Assembly (NCBI GenBank): GCA_965653535.1
Contig: CBFHAG010000005.1
Span: forward strand, 6,037-70,036
Direction: 5' to 3'
DNA: 64,000 nt
Source: an uncultured Sphingobium sp.
GTDB lineage: Bacteria; Pseudomonadota; Alphaproteobacteria; Sphingomonadales; Sphingomonadaceae
In this document: piece by piece, positions 11,187 through 20,466 of the stretch
Numbering within the stretch: position 1 is the first letter of the stretch
Layout of the letters: each line of letters begins with the position of its first letter
Translations under genes and position numbers: made by a program
The notes under the pieces: generated by a model
Told to the model about the DNA's origin: nothing
Seen by the model: the letters and a program-made list of their open reading frames with translations, nothing else
Databases searched by the model: none

Positions 11187-12598
11187 GCGTTCTGCGCATC
11201 GCGCATGAGGAAGGTCGTGCGCTGGCGCGCAGCCGTGTGGCCATGATCGGGCTTGTCCTCATGCTGCTGCTCGCGCTGGTCGCGGCACTGACCGCCCATG
11301 CACGGCAGCAGGCCATCGACGCCGAGCGCACGCGCTTTCAGGCACGGGCCAATGCCGATTTCGACGCGCAACCCGACCGCCATCCGCACCGCATGGCGCA
11401 TTACGGCCATTTCCTGTTCCGTCCGATCAGCCCGCTCGCCGCATTCGACCCGGGGGTTGATCCATTTACCGGACACACGGTCTTTCTCGAAGCCCACCGC
11501 CAGAACGGGGCGAGCTTTGGCGATGCGCGGCAAAGTTCGCTGCTGCTGCGCTTCGGCCAGCTGACGCCAGCCTTCGTCCTGCAAGTGCTGGCGCCGTTGC
11601 TGCTGATCTTCCTTGGCTATGCGGCAGTGGCGCGCGAGCGTGAGGGCGGGACGTTGCGGCTGATGCTGGCGCAGGGGCTTGCTCCGGGACGGCTGGTTAG
11701 GGCCAAGCTGCTGGCCTTGGCGGGCGTAGCGCTGATCATCTTTGCGCCCGCGCTCGCCGCCATGGCGTGGATCGGTGCGGGCACGCCTGCGGCATGGCCC
11801 TCGCTTAGCCTGCTGGCGCTGGGCTATCTTGGCTGGCTGGCGTTGTGGGTGATGGCCGTTGTGCTTGTCTCGGCACTGGTGCAGCGACGGCGTGATGCGT
11901 TGGTCGCGCTGATCGCGCTCTGGGCGGTCACGGTGATTTTGCTGCCGCGCATCCTCCCTGCGCTGGCCGGTATGGGAGAGCCGCTGCCTACCCGCTTCGA
12001 GACGGATATCGCGGTCCATCGCGATCTTGCGGCGATGGGCGACAGCCATGATCCCGGCGATCCCTATTTCAACGCTTTCAAAGCGCGCACGCTGGCAAAG
12101 TATGGCGCAAGCCGGATCGAAGACCTGCCGATCAACTACAAGGGCCTGCTCGCCATGGAGGGCGAACGCATGACCAGCGATCTGTTCAACAGCTATTCGG
12201 CCCGGTCATCCGAACGGCAGGCGCAGCAGAGTGCGCTGGTCGACGGATTCGGCCTCGTCAGCCCGGTGATCGCGCTCAGGCGCCTGTCGATGACGGCATC
12301 GGGCACCGACCGCGCCGCCTACCAGCGTTTCGTCGAACAGGCGGAGACCTATCGCTTCGGCCTGGTCCAGTTGCTCAACCGGCTCCAGGCCGAGAAGGTC
12401 AGGCTCGCCGAGGAAGGCGATCGCAAGCGGATCGACCGGCGCCACTGGCAGAACCATCCCGATTTCGTGTTCCGCCCGGCAAGTCCCGCCGAAATCGCCC
12501 GCTCGGTCATGCCGGCACTGGGCATGTTGCTACTCTGGCTGGCGGCGCTCGGCGGCCTGCTGATGCTGGCGACCCGCAAGCTGGGGAGGATCGCATGA
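11183..12598 (+). CDS. ABC-2-type permease with DUF3526-like periplasmic region
   Basis: N-terminal TM, loop with DRHPHRMAHYGH, motif AREREGGTLRLMLAQG, multiple TMs; ATGA coupling. Confidence 0.82.
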   Translation: MSVLRIAHEEGRALARSRVAMIGLVLMLLLALVAALTAHARQQAIDAERTRFQARANADFDAQPDRHPHRMAHYGHFLFRPISPLAAFDPGVDPFTGHTVFLEAHRQNGASFGDARQSSLLLRFGQLTPAFVLQVLAPLLLIFLGYAAVAREREGGTLRLMLAQGLAPGRLVRAKLLALAGVALIIFAPALAAMAWIGAGTPAAWPSLSLLALGYLGWLALWVMAVVLVSALVQRRRDALVALIALWAVTVILLPRILPALAGMGEPLPTRFETDIAVHRDLAAMGDSHDPGDPYFNAFKARTLAKYGASRIEDLPINYKGLLAMEGERMTSDLFNSYSARSSERQAQQSALVDGFGLVSPVIALRRLSMTASGTDRAAYQRFVEQAETYRFGLVQLLNRLQAEKVRLAEEGDRKRIDRRHWQNHPDFVFRPASPAEIARSVMPALGMLLLWLAALGGLLMLATRKLGRIA

Positions 12599-13878
12599 TG
12601 GCGCGCCTTCGTCACGAATGGCGGCTACTGGCCCGCTCGCGCCTGTCGCTTGCGGCGATCGCACTGCTGCTTGCGCTGGCCGGGGTGGCCGTGGCCGCGG
12701 GCCTCGGCGAAGTGGCGCAGCAGCGCGAAACGATCGCCCGGCTCGAACCGCTCAATCGGGCGGACACCGCAGCGCTCGCCCAGCGGCTGAGCAAGACCCG
12801 CGATCCGGGCGATGCCGCCTACTACAGCTTCCACGCCGCCTGGGATGCGCCGTCCGACCTTGCCTTCGCCGCGCTGGGCCAGCGCGACATCGCGCCGTAC
12901 GCCATGCGGATCAACGCACTTGGTCTCGATGGCCAGCTCTATCAGGGCGAGAACTTCAATCCCGAACTGGCGTTGCCCGGCCGGTTCGATTTTGCCTTCG
13001 TGCTAATCTATCTCGCGCCGCTCTTCGTCATCGCGCTGCTGCACGACATGGTCTCCGGGGAACGCGAGGCCGGCCGCCTGCCGATGCTGCGCGCCCTGCC
13101 GGGCTCGACCCGCCGGCTCTGGCTGCGGCGGGCCGGCCTGCGTTTTGCGCTGGTGGTTGCCGCGCTGCTGAGCCCCCTGCTGGCGGGAGGCATGATATCG
13201 GGCGCACCCATCGGCGGCCTCCTCGCCATGGCGGGCGTCGCGCTGCTCTACATCGCCTTCTGGTTCGCCCTGGTGCTGCTTGTCGCAGGGCGTGCCTGGA
13301 GTTCGATTGCCAATGCGACCACGCTGATGGGGTTGTGGGTCACGCTGACACTGGTGCTGCCGACGCTCGCCAACATCGTCATCCTGCGCGCCATCCCGGT
13401 CGAACAGGGCGTTGATATCATGCTGGTCCAGCGCCAGAACGTCCATGCAGCCTGGGAAGTGCCCCGCGAGGAGACGATGCGCCGCTTCTACGTCGGCCAC
13501 CCGGAGTGGGCGCAGACCGCCCCGCTCTCGCCGGACTTCGAATGGAAATGGTATTTCGCCTTCCACCAGCTTGGCGACGAAAGCGTCGCGGACCGGGTGC
13601 AGGCCTATCGCGCGGGGCTGATGCAGCGCCAGCAGGTGACGAACCGTCTCGGCCTGATCCTGCCAGGGGTCGGCGCGCAGCAGATGCTCCACCGTATCGC
13701 CGAAACCGATCTCACCGCCCAGCTTGCCCAGCAGGACCGCATTCGCGGCTTCCACAAGCGCCTGCGCGAATTCTACTATGCCTATCTGTTCGGCGCCCGG
13801 CCATTCACCGCCGCAGACTTCGGCCGCGCGCCAACGTGGCGGCGACCAACGCAGCCGCACGAAGGATCCGCCCAATGA
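12595..13878 (+). CDS. ABC-2-type permease with DUF3526-like region (second subunit)
   Basis: SGEREAGRLPML, FEWKWYFAFHQLGD; same topology as the upstream paralog; ATGA coupling. Confidence 0.82.
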   Translation: MMARLRHEWRLLARSRLSLAAIALLLALAGVAVAAGLGEVAQQRETIARLEPLNRADTAALAQRLSKTRDPGDAAYYSFHAAWDAPSDLAFAALGQRDIAPYAMRINALGLDGQLYQGENFNPELALPGRFDFAFVLIYLAPLFVIALLHDMVSGEREAGRLPMLRALPGSTRRLWLRRAGLRFALVVAALLSPLLAGGMISGAPIGGLLAMAGVALLYIAFWFALVLLVAGRAWSSIANATTLMGLWVTLTLVLPTLANIVILRAIPVEQGVDIMLVQRQNVHAAWEVPREETMRRFYVGHPEWAQTAPLSPDFEWKWYFAFHQLGDESVADRVQAYRAGLMQRQQVTNRLGLILPGVGAQQMLHRIAETDLTAQLAQQDRIRGFHKRLREFYYAYLFGARPFTAADFGRAPTWRRPTQPHEGSAQ

Positions 13879-15029
13879 GCCAGATACTACAGACGGCCCG
13901 AATTCCGGTCTCGGTGCTCACAGGCTTTCTCGGCAGCGGCAAGACGACTGTCCTCAACCATCTGGTCCGCGATCCTGCGATGAGCCGAGCGCTGGTGGTC
14001 ATCAACGAGTTCGGTGCCGTGGGGCTAGACCATGACCTCGTCGCGCGCTCGAACGAGGATTTGATGGTCGAAATGATGGGCGGCTGCCTGTGCTGCACCA
14101 TTCGCGGCGACCTGCTGCGCACTTTGCGCGACGCGCCCTTCCGCTTTGCGCGTGACGGCAAGTGCTGGTTCGACAGGGTGGTCATCGAGACTACCGGTCT
14201 GGCTGATCCGGCGCCGATCCTGCACACGCTGATGACCGACGATCATCTCCAGACGCTTTACCGGCTCGACGGTGTCATTACCATGGTCGATAGCGCGACA
14301 GGCATGGCAACTTTCGACATGCAGGAGGAGTCGCTCAAGCAGGCCGCAGTCGCCGACCGGCTTCTGCTCACCAAGACCGACCTTTCTTCAGAGGATGACA
14401 TCAGGGCGCTGGAAGCGCGGCTGCGGACGCTCAATCCCGCCGCGCCTATCGTCCGCGTCGTCAATGGCGTGGTCGAAGCGACGCGGCTGTTCGACGCCGG
14501 GATCTACAACCCCGCGACCAAAAGCAACGACGTGCAGCGATGGCTCAACGCGGAAGCCTATGAGGATCACGAGCGCCACGGAGACGATCATGGCGATCAC
14601 CATCACCATCATCATGACGTGAACCGCCATGACGATCGTATCCGCGCGATCTGCCTGACCTTCGACCAGCCGCTGAAGGATAGCGCCTTCGACCGCTGGA
14701 TCGGCATATTGACCACCTTCAAGGGCCCGGACGTCCTGCGCATCAAGGGCATCGTCAATATCGAGGGACTCGACCGGCCGCTCGTCCTGCACGGCGTCCA
14801 GCATGTCCTGCACACACCGGTCCCGCTCGACGCCTGGCCGAGCGAGGACCGGCGCACCCGGATGGTCTTCATCGTGCGCGGCATGGACGAGGCCGATCTG
14901 CGCGGCACGCTGGCGCTGATGACTATGGGGCTTGAGAACTTCGCATTTCAAGGTGCCGAAGGTCGTGCCCAATCAGGTCTACCGCACGCTCGCACGTCTG
15001 ATCGACCAGGGCTGCGTCCAGCGTATTGA
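13875..15029 (+). CDS. COG0523/CobW-family GTPase metallochaperone
   Basis: ATG 13875; GFLGSGKT, INEFG, GCLCC (CxCC), ETTGLADP, NKTD-like LTKTD, His-rich stretch, LRIKG and VQH in the CobW_C domain. Confidence 0.92.
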   Translation: MSQILQTARIPVSVLTGFLGSGKTTVLNHLVRDPAMSRALVVINEFGAVGLDHDLVARSNEDLMVEMMGGCLCCTIRGDLLRTLRDAPFRFARDGKCWFDRVVIETTGLADPAPILHTLMTDDHLQTLYRLDGVITMVDSATGMATFDMQEESLKQAAVADRLLLTKTDLSSEDDIRALEARLRTLNPAAPIVRVVNGVVEATRLFDAGIYNPATKSNDVQRWLNAEAYEDHERHGDDHGDHHHHHHDVNRHDDRIRAICLTFDQPLKDSAFDRWIGILTTFKGPDVLRIKGIVNIEGLDRPLVLHGVQHVLHTPVPLDAWPSEDRRTRMVFIVRGMDEADLRGTLALMTMGLENFAFQGAEGRAQSGLPHARTSDRPGLRPAY

Positions 15030-15231
15030 GTGTCTTGGCGCGTACGTCCGACGCGACGGCAAAGCCGACGCCTGTCTGATATGCCAGGCCTGTCATCGGA
15101 TCACCATGATCGCGCAATCCACCCTGCGTGCGCGGATACAGGAGTTGGCCAAGGCGACGGGCTTTGCCGCGAACCTCACCATGATCGAGGCGCACGGCCT
15201 CTGCGCAGACTGCTCGGACAAGCCGCACTGA
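14932..15231 (+). pseudogene. N-terminally truncated Fur/Zur-family regulator
   Basis: PNQVYRTLARL (Fur recognition helix), CQAC...HGLCADC; in-frame TGA at 14920-14922; overlaps the CobW 3' end by ~98 nt. Confidence 0.65.
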
Positions 15232-15281
15232 GCACACCCTTCGACACCCTTGTTCCATTTTCGATCGACACGAGAGAACCC

Positions 15282-15361
15282 ATGCAAACTGATCCCCGCC
15301 TTCCCGTCACCGTGCTTTCCGGCTTCCTTGGCGCGGGCAAAACAACGCTGCTCAATCACAT
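15282..15361 (+). pseudogene. 5' remnant of a second COG0523 (ZigA/YciC-like) GTPase
   Basis: MQTDPRLPVTVLSGFLGAGKTTLLNH, then an abrupt switch into antisense IS3 sequence. Confidence 0.85.
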
Positions 15362-16144
15362 AGGTGATGTCGCCCGCCCATTTACGATTAGGGGCATCGG
15401 CGGCGAAATCTCCATCCAGCCAGTTTGCCGCGACACCGAGACGATGGTGGCTGTCCGTTGTAACCTTGTGCTTGCGCGTGCGAACTGGCTTGATCCCGTT
15501 GATGTTGGCTACGCCGCCCTTCGGGTCATCAGTCGTCCGACCCGGCGCTCGCCAACATCGAGCCCTACTTCCTTCAACTCCATCGTCATCCTCGGGCGAC
15601 CGTAGCTGCCAAGGCTCAGGCGGTACTGTTCGCGGATATGCGCCAGCACCTTCATGTCCGTCCGGTCCCGGCAACTGATCGGGCGCGAGCGCCAGGAACG
15701 ATAACCACGCTCGCTGACAAGCATGACACGGCAGAGCAGTTCAACGGGCCAGCGGTGCCGCCAGCTATGCACGAAAGCGAACTTCACGGCCTTTGGCTCG
15801 CGAAGAACTGCGTGGCCCCTTCGACAGGCTCAGGACAGGCTTTTTTAGAATTTCCCTCTCCTCCCGGAGCACGCGGTTCTCAAGGCGAAGCCGTTCATTC
15901 TCTCGCGCCAGATCTGCCTGCGGCGCGGACACCAGGTCCGACGGCCGATAATGCGACACCCATTTGTTCAGCGTCGACTTGCCGATCCCCAAATCCGACG
16001 CAACCCGTCCGCGTGGTAATCCGCTGGTCAGCGCAATCCGCACCGCCTCCCGCTTGAACTCCTCACTATGCTTCATCATCTCGTCGGTCTCCTTGAACGA
16101 GCCTTAAACTCTCAAGTGACCGGCACAAAACCGTTACAAGTCCA
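15357..16144 (-). mobile_element. Truncated, frameshifted IS3-family element (orfA plus 5' part of orfB)
   Basis: OrfA KHSEEFKREAVR...ENERLR...EILKK; A6G slippery site 15840-15846; OrfB KFAFV...LLCRV...YGRPRM...WAGDITY. Left end probably TGGACTTGTAACGG at 16144; catalytic DDE part and right end missing. Confidence 0.9.
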
Positions 16145-16207
16145 TCGGCGCTGTGACTGCGGGGATGTTGGATCTGACACCAATATCGCGATCGGGGCTG
16201 AACGGGT

Positions 16208-17842
16208 TCACTTGGTATATGAAGCGCTATGCCGACCCGCGATCCAGGCGAACACCATGGCCGGACCAAGCGTCGCGCCTGCGCCGGGATAGGTCCTGCC
16301 CATGACTGGGGCAGCGCAGTTGCCCGCAGCGTAAAGCCCTTCGATGACGCTGCCGTCCTGGCGGAGGACCCGCGCATGTTCGTCCGCCATCAATCCGCCC
16401 TTGGTGCTGAGGTCGCCCGGATAAAAGCGCGTGGCGTAGTAGGGCGCTTGATCGATAGGGCCGAAGGACGGATTGGGCCGGTTTTTCGGATCGCCATAAT
16501 ATTGATCGTAGACATTGTCGCCACGACCGAAATCCTCATCGACGCCCTTTTCGGCCATGGCGTTTACCCGTTGAACCGTCCGCTTCAATCCGTCCGCGTC
16601 GATCCCACATGCATCGGCAAGCTGATCGAGGGTCGGAGCCTTTGTAAATACGCCGCTCTTCAGAAATTCGCCGTTCATTCCGGGAGGGGTGGACCCAAAG
16701 AAATAGCGGTTGCGATAGCGGCTGTCGAAAATAAGCCAGCTCGGCACCGCCCCCACGCTTTTGTCGCGATCCAGCATGGCGCGACCGGCGTTGACATAGG
16801 ATGCCGCTTCATTCGTGTATCGTTGCCCCGACGCGTCAACGATGATCGATCCCGGCAAGGTACGTTCCCAGATGCCGACATTGATGGAGCCATCTGGCAG
16901 GATCGATACCGGATACCAGGTGGCAGCGTCCATCAGAGCGAGTTCGGCACCGACACCAGCCCCAGCCTGGTGGCCGTCGCCAGTGTCGCCAGGGCTGGCC
17001 GGGCTCCATTCACCGCTGACCTCCTGAAACTGTTTCCGATAGCTGCTGTTCTTTGCGAAACCGCCCGTGGCCAGCAGCACGCCCCGTGGTGCCATGAACC
17101 GTTGTTCGGTGTCGCCCTCACCAGTTACGACGCCCACTACTCTGTCGCCCTCCTGGATCAGGGACTTGAGCGGGGTGTCGAGCAGGACTGGTATTTCCAT
17201 TCTCTGCACGATGGCCATCAATTGCGCCACCAGCGTAGCGCCCATGGACAACGGTTTGCGCCCGCGCACGTACCAGGCGAGCGTCCGCCCCATCATGAGA
17301 AGCGCGGTTGAAAGCGACTTGAGCGACCGGAACATGGTCGGAATTTGGGGTGCGTCGTCCGCACTCATTACCATCGATGGCAGGTTCGACGTGCGCATCG
17401 TCTTGAGCCAACCGGCAATCTTCTTCCCATCGAAGCTGACACATTCCAGCGTGCGCCCTACGCGCGCGCCGGGCTGATCCTGATGATAGTCGGGATATCG
17501 GGGAGCACGACGCCAGCCCAGACCCAGCGCTTCCAACGCCTGCACCATTTCTGGGCCGACATTCAAATAGGCGGCCTTGCGTTCGCTACTACTGGACGGG
17601 CCGACATCGCCGATGGTGGCTTCCATATAGGCAAGTGCGGCCTCATAACTGTCTTCCACCCCGTCACGCTGCATCAGGTGATTATTCGGAATCCAGACCC
17701 CGCCGCCGGAAAGCGCGCTGGTCCCGCCCCAGGAGTCGGTTTTTTCGATGATCATCGGGTTAAGGCCGTTCAACTTGGCCGAAATTGCGCCCACAAGGCC
17801 GCCCGCGCCCGTCCCTACAATAATAAAATCAGCTTTCACCAT
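16208..17842 (-). CDS. kstD: FAD-dependent oxidoreductase, 3-ketosteroid-delta1-dehydrogenase (KstD)-like
   Basis: IIVGTGAGG, GGTSALSGGGVWIPNN, LATGGF, PGDLSTKGGL, YPGAGATLGPAM. Confidence 0.75.
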   Translation of the reverse strand: MVKADFIIVGTGAGGLVGAISAKLNGLNPMIIEKTDSWGGTSALSGGGVWIPNNHLMQRDGVEDSYEAALAYMEATIGDVGPSSSSERKAAYLNVGPEMVQALEALGLGWRRAPRYPDYHQDQPGARVGRTLECVSFDGKKIAGWLKTMRTSNLPSMVMSADDAPQIPTMFRSLKSLSTALLMMGRTLAWYVRGRKPLSMGATLVAQLMAIVQRMEIPVLLDTPLKSLIQEGDRVVGVVTGEGDTEQRFMAPRGVLLATGGFAKNSSYRKQFQEVSGEWSPASPGDTGDGHQAGAGVGAELALMDAATWYPVSILPDGSINVGIWERTLPGSIIVDASGQRYTNEAASYVNAGRAMLDRDKSVGAVPSWLIFDSRYRNRYFFGSTPPGMNGEFLKSGVFTKAPTLDQLADACGIDADGLKRTVQRVNAMAEKGVDEDFGRGDNVYDQYYGDPKNRPNPSFGPIDQAPYYATRFYPGDLSTKGGLMADEHARVLRQDGSVIEGLYAAGNCAAPVMGRTYPGAGATLGPAMVFAWIAGRHSASYTK

Positions 17843-18033
17843 CACCGAAACGCCTGCCCTTTTAGCGATCTCACCGAAGACAATCGCACTGTCGCGACCC
17901 TTATTGGGTTGCCACTATCGCAAAGTGATTTGGAGAGGCAAGTGAGCTGACAGCTAAGTGACCGCGTCGTGGGATAACACCCGAGCTATTCCACCATTCC
18001 AGTCACGGCCTGACCCTTATCCGCAAACGCGTT

Positions 18034-19122
18034 TCAGGCGGCCTCGTGGCTCTCCATAGTGGACTTTTGATCCAGCGTAACCACGGTGCCGTTGACGCGG
18101 GATTGTATCTCAGCAACCTTTGCGCGTTCATTGTAAAACTGTTTATACCAGTTGCGGAGCCTCCCATAGGGTCCGTCTTTCGGCACGGCGAGCGGGTTCA
18201 AGCAGGGGCGCTTGTTCGCCCATATCTCTACATCCTGGACGAGGCCGTCGCATAGCTGATCCTGATAGGTCGATGCGGCATCGCGCTCCTCGTCAGTCAG
18301 TGGGCGCGAACCATCGTTGACCCGTATCATGGCCGCGTGCCAGACGCGCGTGCGGCCATCCTCGATCGGGGTATGCGCGACGAGCATGAAGACGGGCACG
18401 TGACTGTTCATGTCGGACTGAAGAATGCCCGGACCAGTATACCAGGTGTCGAGTTCGCTTTCCGTCGGCGGAAGATCGCCCCAGCTTCGATTGATCACCT
18501 TGAAATGCTGATGAACGACATGTGCGTCGAAACTGTTCGCGAAATAGATGCAGCGATGCGCCCCGTGGATCGGTGTCATATGGCCCAGGTCCGCCATGTT
18601 GTCGACAATCTCACAACCGTGAATATCGATGTCGCCGAGGTGATCGATTTTCCAGTTGACCCAGCCCGCCTGGTCATAATGACCGCCAAAATCGGGTAGC
18701 GGATAATCAGGTTCCAGTCCCTCTGGATCGTGCCACATCCATAATATTCCTGCCCGTTCCATGACAGGATAGGTTTTGAGACGCGCCGATCCGGGAATGA
18801 AATCCGAATAAGGAATGTCATTGCATTTACCATCAGCGCCATAGCGCCAGCCATGGAAGGGGCAGCGGATGGATTCGCCCTGGATCTGATCGCCATCCCG
18901 TACGATGTAACTGGTCGAATTTTTGGCCAGATGCGCGCCCATATGAGGGCAATAGGCCGAAACGAGATGCGCCATGCCGCTTTCGCCACGGTAGAGCACC
19001 AGATCCTCGCCAAAATATCGCACCGGCACCGGCCTGTCCAAGACTTGGCTGGCTGCGCCTATCATGAACCACCCGCGCGGATACTGGAATGCACCGAATC
19101 CATAGTCGCCGCTCTTCGCCAT
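18034..19122 (-). CDS. kshA: Rieske oxygenase, 3-ketosteroid-9alpha-hydroxylase oxygenase (KshA)-like
   Basis: YPRGW, CPHMG...CPFHGW Rieske ligands, DNMADLGHMTPIH, QDVEIWANK...DGPYGRLRNWYKQFY. Confidence 0.75.
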   Translation of the reverse strand: MAKSGDYGFGAFQYPRGWFMIGAASQVLDRPVPVRYFGEDLVLYRGESGMAHLVSAYCPHMGAHLAKNSTSYIVRDGDQIQGESIRCPFHGWRYGADGKCNDIPYSDFIPGSARLKTYPVMERAGILWMWHDPEGLEPDYPLPDFGGHYDQAGWVNWKIDHLGDIDIHGCEIVDNMADLGHMTPIHGAHRCIYFANSFDAHVVHQHFKVINRSWGDLPPTESELDTWYTGPGILQSDMNSHVPVFMLVAHTPIEDGRTRVWHAAMIRVNDGSRPLTDEERDAASTYQDQLCDGLVQDVEIWANKRPCLNPLAVPKDGPYGRLRNWYKQFYNERAKVAEIQSRVNGTVVTLDQKSTMESHEAA

Positions 19123-19335
19123 CTCTTCATCCTCTGATCACGCGGTCTTGATCGCCGCGATGCCCATGCGCTGATTAGCAGTTCACTCTGCTCCAGGCGA
19201 GCCTAACCACCTCACGAAGGTCACACGTCAACGCCGTATACGCCAGAGGGCCGAGCAGACCTTTTAGCGACCAGCCGCACCGACCCGGTCATCCTATACC
19301 AAATGGTTGACAATGGTGGCTGGGCCGAGATACTA

Positions 19336-19347
19336 AACCATATGGTT
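19336..19347. promoter_or_regulatory. Palindrome AACCATATGGTT over the ArsR start codon (candidate autoregulatory operator)
   Basis: Perfect 12-bp palindrome; a related ACCAAATGGTTGAC lies about 40 bp upstream. Confidence 0.6.
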
Positions 19348-19665
19348 GACTATAGACTCGACGCTACCTTCACGGCGCTGGCCGATCCAACGCGACGCGG
19401 GATGCTGGCCGCCTTGGCTCTTGGCGAAAAACCGATCAGCGACCTCGCCGCGCCTTACCCGATGAGCCTGGCGGGCGTCGCCAAGCATGTTGGTGTGCTG
19501 GAGCGTGCAGGCCTGATCGAGCGCCGGAAGGTGGGCCGACAACATCTCTGTCGCCTCAGACCCGACCGGCTGAAGGAAGCTAGCGATTGGCTGGGCCAGT
19601 GGGAGCGGTTCTGGAATTCGCGCCTGGACGCGCTGGAAGCTGCATTGAAGGGAGATGGCACATGA
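19342..19665 (+). CDS. ArsR/SmtB-family regulator
   Basis: LDATFTALADPTRR, KHVGVLERAGLIERRKVGR, W..QWERFWNSRLDAL. Confidence 0.88.
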   Translation: MVDYRLDATFTALADPTRRGMLAALALGEKPISDLAAPYPMSLAGVAKHVGVLERAGLIERRKVGRQHLCRLRPDRLKEASDWLGQWERFWNSRLDALEAALKGDGT

Positions 19666-20192
19666 CAGGTTCGGACAAGGTCACGCCCCAGGAACTGCAT
19701 TTCGAGCGTCTGCTTGATGCGCCGATCGATAAGGTCTGGCGCTTTCTGATCGAGCCGGATCTGCGCGCCCGCTGGTTCATGGGCGGCCCGACCGAGCCCG
19801 TTGTGGGGGGCAGACTCGGCTTCACCATGAACCATGACCGCCTATCCGATGACGATGTGCCCGTTCCTGAACGCTTCCATTCGCATGTGGGTGCCAGTTG
19901 GGCGGAGCGCATCACGCATATCGAGCCGCCGCATCTGCTCTCCTTCACCTGGGACGAAGGGAAAGCCGGCGAGGTCAAAATTGAGCTTGCCGACGAGAAC
20001 GGAAAGACGCGCCTCGCACTCACGCATTCCGGGCTGCGGGGGCGCGGCGATGCGGAGAATTTTGGATCCGGCTGGCATTCGCACCTTGCCGCGCTCGAAC
20101 GTCGGATTCGGGGCGATGGCGTCGCGAACTTCTGGGCGCTTCATGCGGAAGCCGAGGCGGCGATGCAAAAAGCGCTCGAGTTGGGGGATTGA
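19662..20192 (+). CDS. SRPBCC/AHSA1-domain protein
   Basis: FERLLDAPIDKVW, PPHLLSFTW, FGSGWHSHL; ATGA-coupled to ArsR. Confidence 0.88.
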   Translation: MTGSDKVTPQELHFERLLDAPIDKVWRFLIEPDLRARWFMGGPTEPVVGGRLGFTMNHDRLSDDDVPVPERFHSHVGASWAERITHIEPPHLLSFTWDEGKAGEVKIELADENGKTRLALTHSGLRGRGDAENFGSGWHSHLAALERRIRGDGVANFWALHAEAEAAMQKALELGD

Positions 20193-20466
20193 TACCAATT
20201 CCCAATCCTCTTCCGCACCGACGGCGCGCGGAAAGGGGGCTTCCCTTGACCTTGCCGATCCGACATCACTATCCGGGGCAGGCTGCGGATCGGTTCGACC
20301 TTGATCGCACGGAACCATGTCTCCGCATATGTGACTATGCTGGAAAATGCCGTGCAGTGGGCTGGATCAAAAAGCTCCGCTTGTCCGCTGCGCGGTCAGG
20401 CCGACGATAAGGGCTATTCGCCCCCCAATAGCATCGCAGTTGCCAACCACCCCTGCGAGTAAGACG

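Noticed and set aside
14560-14635. CAT/CAC microsatellite-like run
   Set aside because: Codes for the His-rich linker of CobW.
15030-15605. 191-aa ORF with a Walker A motif
   Set aside because: Chimera of intergenic sequence, the COG0523 remnant and antisense IS3; not a real gene.
19215-19235. GGTCACACGTCAAC upstream of kshA as a fifth operator copy
   Set aside because: Only the right half-site matches and the spacing is wrong.
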